In this document: positions 39,182 through 49,326 of the stretch, piece after piece
Position numbering within the stretch: position 1 is the first letter of the stretch
Layout: the number at the start of each line of letters is the position of its first letter
Source: Dendrobates tinctorius
Taxonomy: Eukaryota
Assembly: GCF_039654945.1 (NCBI RefSeq)
Contig: NW_027361806.1
Location: 4,340,001 to 4,404,000, forward strand
DNA length: 64,000 nucleotides
Direction of reading: 5' to 3'
Made by a program: the position numbers and the translations under genes
The notes under the pieces: model-generated
Told to the model about the DNA's origin: nothing
Seen by the model: only the letters and a program-made list of their open reading frames with translations
Database searches by the model: none

Positions 39182-39513
39182 GTATAATGACCTCAGCGTT
39201 CATTGAAATAAAAAAAACAAAACACATTTGTGGCAAAAAGAGAGGGATATAACCTAAGAGGAGATTCTGCCATTACTCAGAAGCTTTAATATAATGACAC
39301 CTTTTAGGATTTTCTTTGATATTTCCTTCTTTATGAGAATTTCCGGCACACGCTGCAGATGGTTTGTTACACTGAGTCAGTGTAGATCCAGGACAGGGAA
39401 TAAGTTTTATGCCGTTACTGTGATTAGACCCAGTACTAGACTAATACATTGTTACGTACCATCAGCTGTGTAAGTAAGAATAGGTCATGATTAGTGTTGC
39501 GCAAACATGTTTG

Positions 39514-40119
39514 CAGGGCTGTGGAGTCGGTAAGCCAAACCTGCGACTCCGACTCCTCAATTTCCCTTACACCGACTCCGACTCCCACACATATTGCTTA
39601 TATTTAAGTGAAAAATTTATTGTAGTACAACGTGAACCTCAGACATTTAATCATTTTTATGATCCAATAATCAAGATATTTAGATAGAACAGAATATATA
39701 TTGGTGTACTACCCGGTTTTCATTCTTTTTGGTACAGATACGATATGGATAGACAGATATGGATAAATGGATAGATAGAGCAGATTTCTAATCTGTTTTT
39801 GCTATTGAAAACATTATCTATGAGCTCAAAAACCTTTCAGGTGATGCAGTTTTTTAAAAAGTTGATCAACTTTTGCAGCTGAAAAACGTATCCTCAAAAA
39901 ACACAGGAAAAACGCTGTGTGTGAATGTAGCCTTAGATCAGGAATAGAACAGCCATTTATAGGACACTTCATAACTTTCCCAAACTCCTATGAAAAAATA
40001 TTCAGCACATCCTGCATTGAACTACTGTGCCCAATTTATTATATATTTTAGGAGTCGGTCCATTTTATACCGACTCCAACTCCGACTCCACCAAAATGAG
40101 CTCCGACTCCACAGCCCTG
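39514..40119 (+). mobile_element. hAT-type MITE copy 2 (a 5'-truncated third copy lies at ~12260-12661)
   Basis: Same TIRs; 8-bp TSD catgtttg; near-identical to copy 1. Confidence 0.9.
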
Positions 40120-40421
40120 CATGTTTGGATAAGGTGTTATCTGAGAATGCTCGGGTGCTAACAGTGTGTCTTCGGCGTGCTTGAATACTATGTTTGACAG
40201 CCGCAACACATGCAGGGATTACCTAACAAACTGTATGCCTGAGTCATGCAGCCGTGGGGACTTGATCATAGTATTCGAGCACCCCAAAGACACTTGGTTA
40301 CACCTGAGCAGTGCTGATGTCATTGTGTAGCGTGCATAATTGACAGATTTCACACGTCCTTCAGTGCTGTAATTCTCTCTCTGATACTGAAGGTTTTTTT
40401 TTTTGTTTTTTTTTTTTACAG

Positions 40422-41126
40422 TTTTGTAAAATGGCTGGACCAGGTTGCAGACAAGCATCGCACGCGGCCAGTGCTTGGAGGTCGTTTAGGATCCGAGCCT
40501 CGCCTATTGCCGCCCTCCCTACTCTGCAGCACTCGGCTCCTCTCCACTGCTGTGGATTACACACCTCCAGCTCGCTTCACAAGAGAAGACTAAACGCCCA
40601 AGAAGAAGAGTTTGACCAGATGATGCAGAATTATAAAGACGAGCTGAGAAAGACGCCAAGGTCAGCTGTGTTCCTGAGTATCGCTGGACTGATCCCGGTG
40701 GTAGTTGCTCCTCTTACCATGAATTTTGGGGGTTATTATTACCCAGAAATGGCATTTACTCAACTTGCCTCTGCCAGCTGCTTGTTATCATTTTATGGTG
40801 GAATTCGTTGGGGTATTTCGGTTCCTGAAAACAGCCCATTCCGGCCGGACTTGCTGAACTTTGGGATCGGCACATTTCTTCAGTTTGTTGCATGGACAGC
40901 TTTGGTAGTGTCACATGATATTCTCGTTGCGGCGGTGACAGTGATTGGTGGATTGATCGTGGGGGCATTAGGGGGGTTCAGGATGCTTCCTCCTTTTCCA
41001 TTTTGGCTTAGTTTTCTGAGAAATGTTTGTTTCCTGTTGACCTTCTGTTGTATCCTGGCCACTATGTGGTTCTTCGCCATCTACCCAGAAAAATCTCTGA
41101 AAAATGAATTCCAAAATAAAAACTGA
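40422..41126 (+). CDS. TMEM69: TMEM69 main coding exon (DUF3429-type membrane protein; 248 aa total)
   Basis: Poly-T acceptor ttacag at 40421; motifs AGLIP and LLSFYGGIRWG, multiple hydrophobic segments; AATAAA at 41183; position between GPBP1L1 and IPP as in other vertebrates. Confidence 0.92.
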   Translation, partial: FCKMAGPGCRQASHAASAWRSFRIRASPIAALPTLQHSAPLHCCGLHTSSSLHKRRLNAQEEEFDQMMQNYKDELRKTPRSAVFLSIAGLIPVVVAPLTMNFGGYYYPEMAFTQLASASCLLSFYGGIRWGISVPENSPFRPDLLNFGIGTFLQFVAWTALVVSHDILVAAVTVIGGLIVGALGGFRMLPPFPFWLSFLRNVCFLLTFCCILATMWFFAIYPEKSLKNEFQNKN

Positions 41127-42184
41127 ATATCTGTGGTTGAGCTTTATGCCGGAAGTTTTATCATCGCCAATCAGACACTGAGAATAAAACTGTACAAGTA
41201 GCAACGAAGATGAGATCCATGTTTGTTTACTCATCTTGTGGTGCTCCTGCATTACATCTCATCGTTCCCCCACACTGAGGGGTTTGTTCTGCTTGTTGGG
41301 GGATGATATACATCCTCAGCACAGGGGACTGTACACTACACCAGATTCTGGGACCACCCGGTGGGTTCTGATCACCAGACCCTCATCACTGCTTTGCAAA
41401 TTCCCAATTTGCAGATAACCAGGGATGTGATGAATGAATGACCTCAGACTGAGACATTGTGAAAAGTGCTTTATTATAACAAATTCAATATTCAGCAGAC
41501 GCCCACTCTGCAAACGTCTCATCTCTGCTCAGTGACTCCAGAGCATCTTCATTAGCTGCTGAAATCTGACGCTCTGTCTCTCCCTCATGCTTTATATTGC
41601 AGCACTGCACAAACTGAATAAAATTTATTGCCATAAAGTGATACGTTTTTGGCAATGGATCTGAAGTAGATGAGACAATCATTTTTTGTCCTGCAGAAGT
41701 GATGCCTGCTATTCCAGATCCCTTAAAAGGGTCACTTAATCAACAGTCCACTTTTTGCTGTGCAGGTAAAAAAATAAATAGAACAGTCTATTGCTTCCAG
41801 ATATCAGCCATTTCAGGCTTAGAAATGGCTGTTTTCATCCATCATACAGGCAAAATCTATTGCTCCCTGTTATCAGCAATTTCATCCATATGAGAGTGTA
41901 GGGTTCATCACCGCGATGAGTGACACTGTGATGATCTCTATCTGTACTGCTGAGATTCATCAATACGTGTGACAGACCCGAGATGCTCTTCTTATAACCT
42001 CCAGAGACATTTACATCCCTAAACTTAATTCCATCTCTCATTATACCAGAAAGAGTCTAATGGACAGCAGCTTCTAGTGGGTTATAGAGCTGGCAAGACC
42101 CCCAAACCACTGAAAGAGTACACGGCGGGCACTCACACTGCTCCCAATTATTGGTCACTTGACTGACATGAGAAGAACCTTTTT

Positions 42185-42380
42185 ACCCTCAGCACCTGGT
42201 CTACCCGGCTGCACTATCACACCCTCAGCAGTTGGTGTACCCGGCTGCACCACCACACCCTCAGTACTCAGTGTACCTAGCTGCACCATCACACCCTCAG
42301 CACCCAGTGTACCTAGTTGCACCCTCCGTAGCCGGCTGCACCACCACACCCTCGGCACCCAATGTACCCGGCTGCGCCGT
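42185..42380. repeat. 36-bp imperfect tandem repeat in the IPP 3'UTR
   Basis: cacaccctcag recurs at 42218, 42254 and 42290. Confidence 0.8.
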
Positions 42381-42403
42381 CAGCCAACACTGCAATATTT
42401 GGG

Positions 42404-42628
42404 TCAGAGGACGGCCAGGCTCCCCTCACAGCGGCTAGTTATCATGCTGCCAATCTCCGTCCAGGCGTCTGTATGTGGGTTATAAACCTCTACAGAGTCA
42501 GAAGTCACAGGGGCTGAATGATTCTGCATGCTGGCTCTTCCCCCGGTGGCGTACAGAAGCCCATTCACGCTGACCACAGAGACGCCTGCTCTGGGGACCC
42601 TCATTGGTGCCACATCCACCCACTTATC
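42404..42628 (-). CDS. IPP: IPP (KLHL27) last coding exon, Kelch repeat
   Basis: DKWVDVAPMRVPRAGVSVVSVNGLLYATGG...EGSLAVL*; the eight coding exons sum to 1755 nt = 584 aa + stop. Confidence 0.96.
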   Translation of the reverse strand, partial: DKWVDVAPMRVPRAGVSVVSVNGLLYATGGRASMQNHSAPVTSDSVEVYNPHTDAWTEIGSMITSRCEGSLAVL

Positions 42629-42921
42629 CTGCAAAGAAAAGAAGGCATGAAAACGTTAATTAAGACTTGATCTGCCAGAAGCTTTTTTCTATGTCCTGAC
42701 TGTTTGTTACATTTTACCTGCAGTGATACACTGTATCAGTCCACAGCAGATGGATTAGACAGACTACAATTGTAACAAACCCTCAGCTATGAAGTTTTCA
42801 GCCTGTCAGTAAACTTTCACGTTCATTGATAGCAAGCAGAGATCTTGAGAATAGTAACATTTCTATTAATTGCAAAGTTTTGTCAAAAGACAAGACCCCA
42901 CCGCCGTCCTCTCCTGATTAC

Positions 42922-43142
42922 CTCCACAAAAGAAAACTTCTCCACAGTGTTTAAAAAATCCTGACTTTCGTTCCATCCGCCCACCGCATACAAGCAGTCG
43001 TTTAAAAAGGCTACACCCAAGTATGCCCTGCGGGTCCCCATACAGGGGAGCAATATCCAGCGCTTGGTAATGGGATCATATACTTCAGCTGAGGAAAGTT
43101 CTATCCCCTCCTGGCCAATTCCACCGACCACATAGATCAACC
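42922..43142 (-). CDS. IPP: IPP coding exon 7 (221 nt), Kelch repeats
   Basis: GLIYVVGG...YLGVAFLNDCLYAVGGWNE...FSFVE; tag acceptor, gtaatc donor. Confidence 0.95.
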
Positions 43143-43411
43143 CTAAAAAAAGAATAAGATTCCAGAATCACAAAAGAATAGTGAGTGCAGCTCTGGAGTA
43201 TAATACAGGATGTAACTCAGGAGGAGTACAGGATCAGTAATGTATGTACACAGTGTCTGCACCAGCAGAATAGTGAGTGCAGCTCTGGAGTAAAATACAG
43301 GATGTAACTCAGGATCAATAATGTATGTACACAGTGAGTGCACCAGCAGAATAGTGAGTGCAGCTCTGGAGTAAAATACAGGATGTAACTCAGGATCAGT
43401 AATGTATGTAA

Positions 43412-43566
43412 ACATGAAGAGAGGAGGAAGATCCGGCACTGGAGACTTGATAAAATCCACGATAAGTTTTATTCACATAATTTCATGATAAAACCATAAA
43501 GGGGAAAACAGACCCCCACGCCTGACGCGTTTCGAACCTTAACCAGGTTCTTCCTCAGAGACATGA
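43412..43566 (-). mobile_element. Penelope-like pLTR fragment (hammerhead followed by AATAAA) inserted in the 81-bp minisatellite
   Basis: Hammerhead core followed ~45 nt downstream by AATAAA on the - strand; acatga at both junctions. Confidence 0.6.
43518..43564 (-). ncRNA. Minimal type I hammerhead ribozyme motif (Penelope-like), on the IPP sense strand
   Basis: augucu-CUGAGGA-A-gaacc-ugguuaa-gguuc-GAAAC-gc-GUC-aggcgu. Confidence 0.75.
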
Positions 43567-43690
43567 CATGAATAGTGAGTGCAGCTCTGGAGTAAAATAC
43601 AGGATGTAACTCAGGATCAGTAATGTATGTACACAGTGAGTGCACCAGTAGAATAGTGAGTGCAGCTCTGGAGTATAAATCAGGATGTAA

Positions 43691-44103
43691 GGCTGGTTTC
43701 ACATTTGCGTTAAAGGCCGCAGCGTCGGCCTGCGCACAGCCGCCGCTAGCTCCGCCTCTGGGCGCATGACGCTGCATGCGTCATGCGTCCCCTATCCTTA
43801 TCACTGAGGACACAGGCCGTGCGCAGTATGCGTTTGGCGGCGCCCGCGTCCTCTTGATGGTGCGCCGAGCGCAACCAAATTGCAACAGGTTGCGTTTGGC
43901 GCTGGTCGGCGCACCGTCAAAAGGACGCAGGCGCCGCCAAAACGCATACTGCGCACGGCCTGCGTCCTCAGTGATAAAGATAGGGGACGCATGACGCATG
44001 CAGCGTCATGCGCCCGGAGGCTGTGCTACCGGCGGAGGCGCGGCTTAGCGGCGGCCGTGCGCAGGCCGACGCTGCGGTCTTTAACGCAAATGTGAAACCG
44101 GCC
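43691..44103. mobile_element. Near-perfectly palindromic Harbinger-type MITE (413 bp)
   Basis: TIR ggctggtttcacatttgcgttaaag / ctttaacgcaaatgtgaaaccggcc; TAA TSD interrupting a minisatellite unit. Confidence 0.88.
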
Positions 44104-44217
44104 TAACTCGGGATCAGTAATGTAATGTATGTACACAGTAGAACATCTATGAGGCTGGGGTCACATGGAGCTTTTGTCTTATACCCATGATCCAGACACT
44201 TGATGCATTCTGTGTGT

Positions 44218-44491
44218 ATATGCAAATTGCCTCTTCAGAAAGAAAGAGGACTTTTACTCTACAGCGCCACCTATTGGTAGTAGTGATCCTACAAGTCACA
44301 ATCAACCCTTTAACGAGTCTTGTAATATGACTTAGGATACAAGCCAAATCAGAATCTCAATTTGGCTTGTATCCTAAGTCATATTACAAGACTCGTTAAA
44401 GGGTTGATTGTGACTTGTAGGATCGCTACTACCAATAGGTGGCGCTGTAGAGTAAAAGTCCTCTTTCTTTCTGAAGAGGCAATTTGCATAT
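44218..44491. repeat. 274-bp near-perfect palindrome (131-bp arms, 12-nt spacer)
   Basis: Arms 44218-44348 and 44361-44491 with a single mismatch. Confidence 0.95.
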
Positions 44492-44733
44492 TATTTTCCC
44501 AGAGGAGCATTGCACGGCGAATAAGCCTCCTTACCTTGACAAGCCACAGCTGGCATGTCACTCTCCGCAAGGAGAAACCTTACTTCTGTGTGTATAGTCA
44601 TCCCAATAAGTGGCCACATGAGGGTGCTATTACACTATGCCATCTGATGTATCAGAGAAGTTATATGGGCTCTAGGAATGACAAATTTCTTTGAGGACCA
44701 AATATTTAAAAAGAAAAAAAGTGCACCGCTCAC

Positions 44734-44856
44734 CTTGGCTCTCGCAGCAAGCAAAATTATATCTAGGTACAGACATCTGTCCCACGACCTGCCAGGCGTT
44801 GTCCTCTGGTGAAAATCGCTCAATATCATTTCCAATCTCTGCTCCAACCCAGCCAC
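44734..44856 (-). CDS. IPP: IPP coding exon 6 (123 nt)
   Basis: GGWVGAEIGNDIERFSPEDNAWQVVGQMSVPRYNFACCESQ; GT-AG bounded. Confidence 0.94.
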
Positions 44857-44944
44857 CTGTGGTGACAAATGAGGATAATTCTGCACTCTACTCTCGGTCT
44901 GTGATACAGATACAAGTCTCAGTCATTATAGGCGCGGCGCTCAC

Positions 44945-45082
44945 CCATTGCGTAGATTGCGCCGTGGCAGGAACACACTCCCAGACTGCAACGTGGCTGG
45001 TTCATGGAGGCAACCGCTGTCCATTGTTTAGTCACAGGGTCGTAGCACTCCACACAGTCGAAGATCATGGAGTCCTTTTCCC
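44945..45082 (-). CDS. IPP: IPP coding exon 5 (138 nt)
   Basis: GEKDSMIFDCVECYDPVTKQW...; GT-AG bounded. Confidence 0.94.
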
Positions 45083-45556
45083 CTGCAGACAAGTTTTACA
45101 AACAGGAAACATTAAAAGCATTTTATACAAACTGTGTGATCCATATTGGGGGATCAGGAGACTCCTGTATACATCAGATGGGTGACCACTCCTCGCCAGG
45201 TTTGGATGGCTGAAATCTTAGGTGTATGTTGGCCTTTAGACCATCTGAAATCCCTTTCCTGTCATCAGATGCTCATTCCTCCGTCTCCTTCAATCTTTAT
45301 TCTGAATTCATACGTCCTTGAAGCACAGACCATGCTCTGACTGCAATACCCAGAGGGTTTTGTTTGTTAAAACAGGAAATTTCTCACTCTGACTGTTATA
45401 CTGATGTGATCTTCTTAATAAAAATCCATTTGAGTAAAAATAAATTGCTGCACACACACCGATGAGAGGAGCCTTGGTATGATGGAAGTACATGGCCAGC
45501 GGCTTTACATTTACATATGATTGAACAGGACGTGTGATATTTTGGGGGGGTCTCAC

Positions 45557-45724
45557 CTCCAACTACGTAGATCTTCCCCTCCAGGACGGCGGTGCTCATC
45601 CCACTCCGTGCCTGGTGCAGGGAGGACACCGTACTCCAGTACTGACTGAATGTATCAAACCTCTCCACACAGCTCAGCGCTCTGCTGTCACTCCACCGTC
45701 CTCCCTGCAGACGGATGTATCCTC
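45557..45724 (-). CDS. IPP: IPP coding exon 4 (168 nt)
   Basis: GGYIRLQGGRWSDSRALSCVERFDTFSQYW...KIYVVG. Confidence 0.95.
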
Positions 45725-45797
45725 CTGTATGGAGGGAGATCTGTGTGTTGGGGGGGGGCTTGGCATAACCCACTCACACTTTTTTGGATAGCTTTAC

Positions 45798-45953
45798 CTA
45801 TTGCGTAGAGGAATTTGCGCGCTTTCCTGCGCGGTCGAACACGTGAGGTCTGGAGGAAGTTGCAGAGCTTCTTATCTTTAGGGGACAGGCTGGGTTCAAA
45901 GTATTCCCTTAGGAGTGTCTGCAGTGCCACTCGCAGGCTGAAGTCTGTTACTT
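45798..45953 (-). CDS. IPP: IPP coding exon 3 (156 nt)
   Basis: EVTDFSLRVALQTLLREY...RPRRKARKFLYAI. Confidence 0.95.
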
Positions 45954-46565
45954 CTGTGACAAGGAGAGAAAGGCTATGAGATGTCCCGATCAGTGGTGCA
46001 GTAAATGCCGACAGCTCTGATCACTGGCGGACACAAACAGTAAAGGGCCCCTATGCAAGAAAAATATATGGGCTTTATGTTATGCCTTTTGCAGCCTAAG
46101 AGCTCCTAAGGGTGTGTGCACACGTTGCGGATTCTGCTATGTATCCGCAGCGGGTTTGGCCCTGCGGATCCGCAGCAGTTTCTGCTGCGGTGTACAGTAC
46201 CATTGCATTCAATGCAAAACAAAAAATGCTGTGCACATGGAGCGGATTTGCTGCGGTTTTAAATCCGCAGCATGTCACTTCTTTGTGCGGATTCGGCAGC
46301 GGTTTGACACCTGCTCCATGATCAGGTGTCAAACCGCAAAGGAAAACCGCAGGCTAATCCGCAGGTAAAATGCAGGTCTTTTGACCTGTGGATTTACCTG
46401 CGGATATAGGCAAATCCGCGTGGAAAATTCCGCAACAGATTCAGCAACGTGTGCACACACCCTAAAAGTGAAAAATTGCACCTGCTTTGGAGGTGGTAGT
46501 GCCCCCCTTACTTCTTGGGTCCCTGTGCAGGTTGCACCAATGATATGTCCGCTCCTGGTTCTTAC

Positions 46566-46997
46566 CTTCGATAGTCTTCTGAAGACGTTGTGGAGGGAGC
46601 AGGGAGACGCGCACGGGCTCCAGCACTTCGACGACATGTCTCTTCCGAGTTGCAGTGTCTTTCTGAAGCCAAGACATTGCGGCAGAGAATACCTGATGCT
46701 CGTCTTCGATGCACAGCTCTTCACTGCGCAGGAGACGGATCAGCTGTTCCTTTGTCAGCATCAGAAATTCTTCCCCCTGTTGCGCCGCCGGGAAATGAGC
46801 GTGGATGTAGCTTTCGGTGAATTCTAACAACGGCTGACAGGCCAGCTGCTCGGAGAACTGGAAGAAGCCAATGCAATTGCCTGGCTCTATCTGCTCCTTT
46901 AAGAAATCGCAGCACAGCGCCACCACGTGGTTAAGCTGAAACATGTCGGCAGCTGTCATCAATTCCTGCACGTTCTCTGGGCTGATGAGGACCGAGC
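46566..46997 (-). CDS. IPP: IPP coding exon 2 (432 nt), BTB end and BACK domain
   Basis: GSVLISPENVQELMTAADMFQL...LRSEELCIEDEHQVF... Confidence 0.96.
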
Positions 46998-47798
46998 CTG
47001 GGACAGAAAACAGAAAGTATCACAGGAAAAATCCACAGTGAATATAAGCCCCTTTCTGTTTCTGGGAAAGATGGGCGACCCCCAAAATGGTTGCAAATCC
47101 ATCTCCAAAGGTACTACCCCCACATTTTACATTCCTGCCCAATTATGGGATCACATAGGAGCCGAAGGAACTTTCAAAATAGCCGTATTGCTTCACACCC
47201 AGCTTTCCCAGAAACAGCTTTTACCACTGGATAAAGGTTTACTGCTGTCGATATATTTCGATGTTCCCGCAGTGATACATTCTTTGCGCCTCTATTACTA
47301 CATAATTAGGAAATGTGCCTTTCCAGGAGTCTAGAAAAGCTCTAATGACCCTTGCGGAAGCTATAACGACATTTTTGCTCTTACTCAACTTTCCCACCTA
47401 TGGATATGACTAGGAAAAGCTGAATATGTTTTTTTTTTTTTTTTAAAGAAAACATGATGACACATTACAGATGTAGCAGTGCTGACTTTGTATTTCTATG
47501 GTTTCTTCTGTAAATTGCAATATATCACCTGCAACTTTTTGAAAACCACAGACACTGCAACACGTTATCAATGAACATAGGGAAAACTTACCCAGGCAAC
47601 CTAAAACTATGTCTTATAATGCACCAAATGTATCACAGATTCTCCTGCTGGATGATACATCTGGTTCATCTTTACACTGTCCAGTCTAAGTGTTTAGTAA
47701 ATCTCCCACACACACTCAGCTCTGCTACATCTGTAAATATAAAAGTCATTCTGACTGCAGGCACAAGAGATGGGGAAATAATTATCGTATCCACATAC

Positions 47799-48090
47799 CA
47801 GTGTAGATAAAATCCAGCAGCAGATGAAATATGTTGGCTTCCACCTCCTGAATCTGGACCACATCACCGGCCGACTCCTTCATGCCACCTGACAGCAGAG
47901 CTGCAAAGTAAGGACTGCTGGCGGCCAGCACCAGTTTATGGACCCCGAAAACCACCTGACCGATGTGGACGTGCAGGTCGCAGAACTCCAGCTGTTGCCT
48001 CATCTTATTCATCTGCTGCAACACCAGATGTGCGTGCTCTTCTACCGAGCGCAAGGAGGCGGCCATGCTCGTGGTAGATGCCAGCGCCAT
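47799..48090 (-). CDS. IPP: IPP first coding exon (292 coding nt), BTB domain
   Basis: ATG at 48090; FCDLHVHIG...HKLVLAASSPYFAALLSGGMKES...LLDFIYTG; exon acceptor before 48109. Confidence 0.96.
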
Positions 48091-48963
48091 GATTGCACCA
48101 GAAAACGAGCTGGAAAAACAAAAAGATCACACAACAGGAGTGGAGTACATATTCAAGCGGGACAAATCTAATATTATGACATTTTTAGCCTTAAAGGGAA
48201 TCTTTTTGCTATGTATTTGAGAAAAGCATGAAGAACGGGCAGAGACCCCGATTCCAGCCATATGTCACTTACTGGGCTTTGTATTGCTGTTTTAATAGCA
48301 GGAGATTATCACGACAGGACTTGGTGTCTGGTGCCTCGTGGACAACTTGTTCTGTATAACCTGTCCATCAATGACTGGCAGTTTTCTGCCTATGCACAGT
48401 GTACACTGGAAACTGCCAATCAGTGGTGTGGACAGGGTTATACACAGCTTAGCATTCTGAGCACTGCTACATCTACAACAGAAAAAATAGTGATTGTATC
48501 AAAAGGACAGCATGCAGACCAATAAGTGACACATCACTGGAATCGGCGTCTTTGCCCTTACATCATGCTGCTCTCAGATTATATACAGTAATAAAAACCT
48601 GGTGATAAACCCTAGCTCTTGTCCCAAAGAACTGTCTGCTGCAGAAATGTTTGCGGGCCAAGAAAAGTTGTGGCAAAAAGAACCTTTCTGCTCTTGACGT
48701 GTGTTGGATTATTAACACTATGGGGGGCAGATGAATGACGTCGCCTTGTACAAGTTCTAACAGTGTTTTTCCAGGATAGAACTCCCCATTGTAGTCTATG
48801 GGGCTGTTCACATGTCTGTGTATTTTTATGGACAATGATAACCACAAAATCACGGAGAAAGGTCAGATTGTGATACGAGTCTTGGATCAAACTCACCAAT
48901 GTAAGTCTGTAGGGCTTTGAAAAAACAAACAAGTTTTCACAGTTCCTGTGTGATAGGAGAAGC

Positions 48964-49326
48964 TTAAAGGAGTTGTCCAGGCTTGTGGTGCAAGTCTGCA
49001 GGGACTGTATAATGTGACACCGACTTGTGAATCTTCAAAACACACTGTGAGGATTCGCTTGTGCCAGTGCCAGGAGTGGGCGGTGATCTGACCACAAGTA
49101 TACGACTTGCATATTTCCGGCCACATTCTGACTAGACGCGTCCGACCTCGCTCATTTCCTTTGTCTAGTTGGCATGTGACTGGATCAATGCAAATTGCAT
49201 ACTTGCATTCACACGTCCGCTCTGGGCGAATTCTGACAGCGAACACTCTGCGCACTGTGAGGATTCACAAGTCTGCAGTCACATACCGTGACTGCAGACT
49301 TGAACTACAAGCCTGGCCAACCTTAA
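48964..49326. mobile_element. T2/Kolobok-type palindromic MITE whose right TTAA is shared with the piggyBac-like element
   Basis: ttaaaggagttgtccaggcttgt...acaagcctggccaaccttaa. Confidence 0.65.

Noticed and set aside
43776-44694. Mirror-image ORFs on opposite strands (43776/43781; 44147/44362)
   Set aside because: Consequence of palindromic DNA
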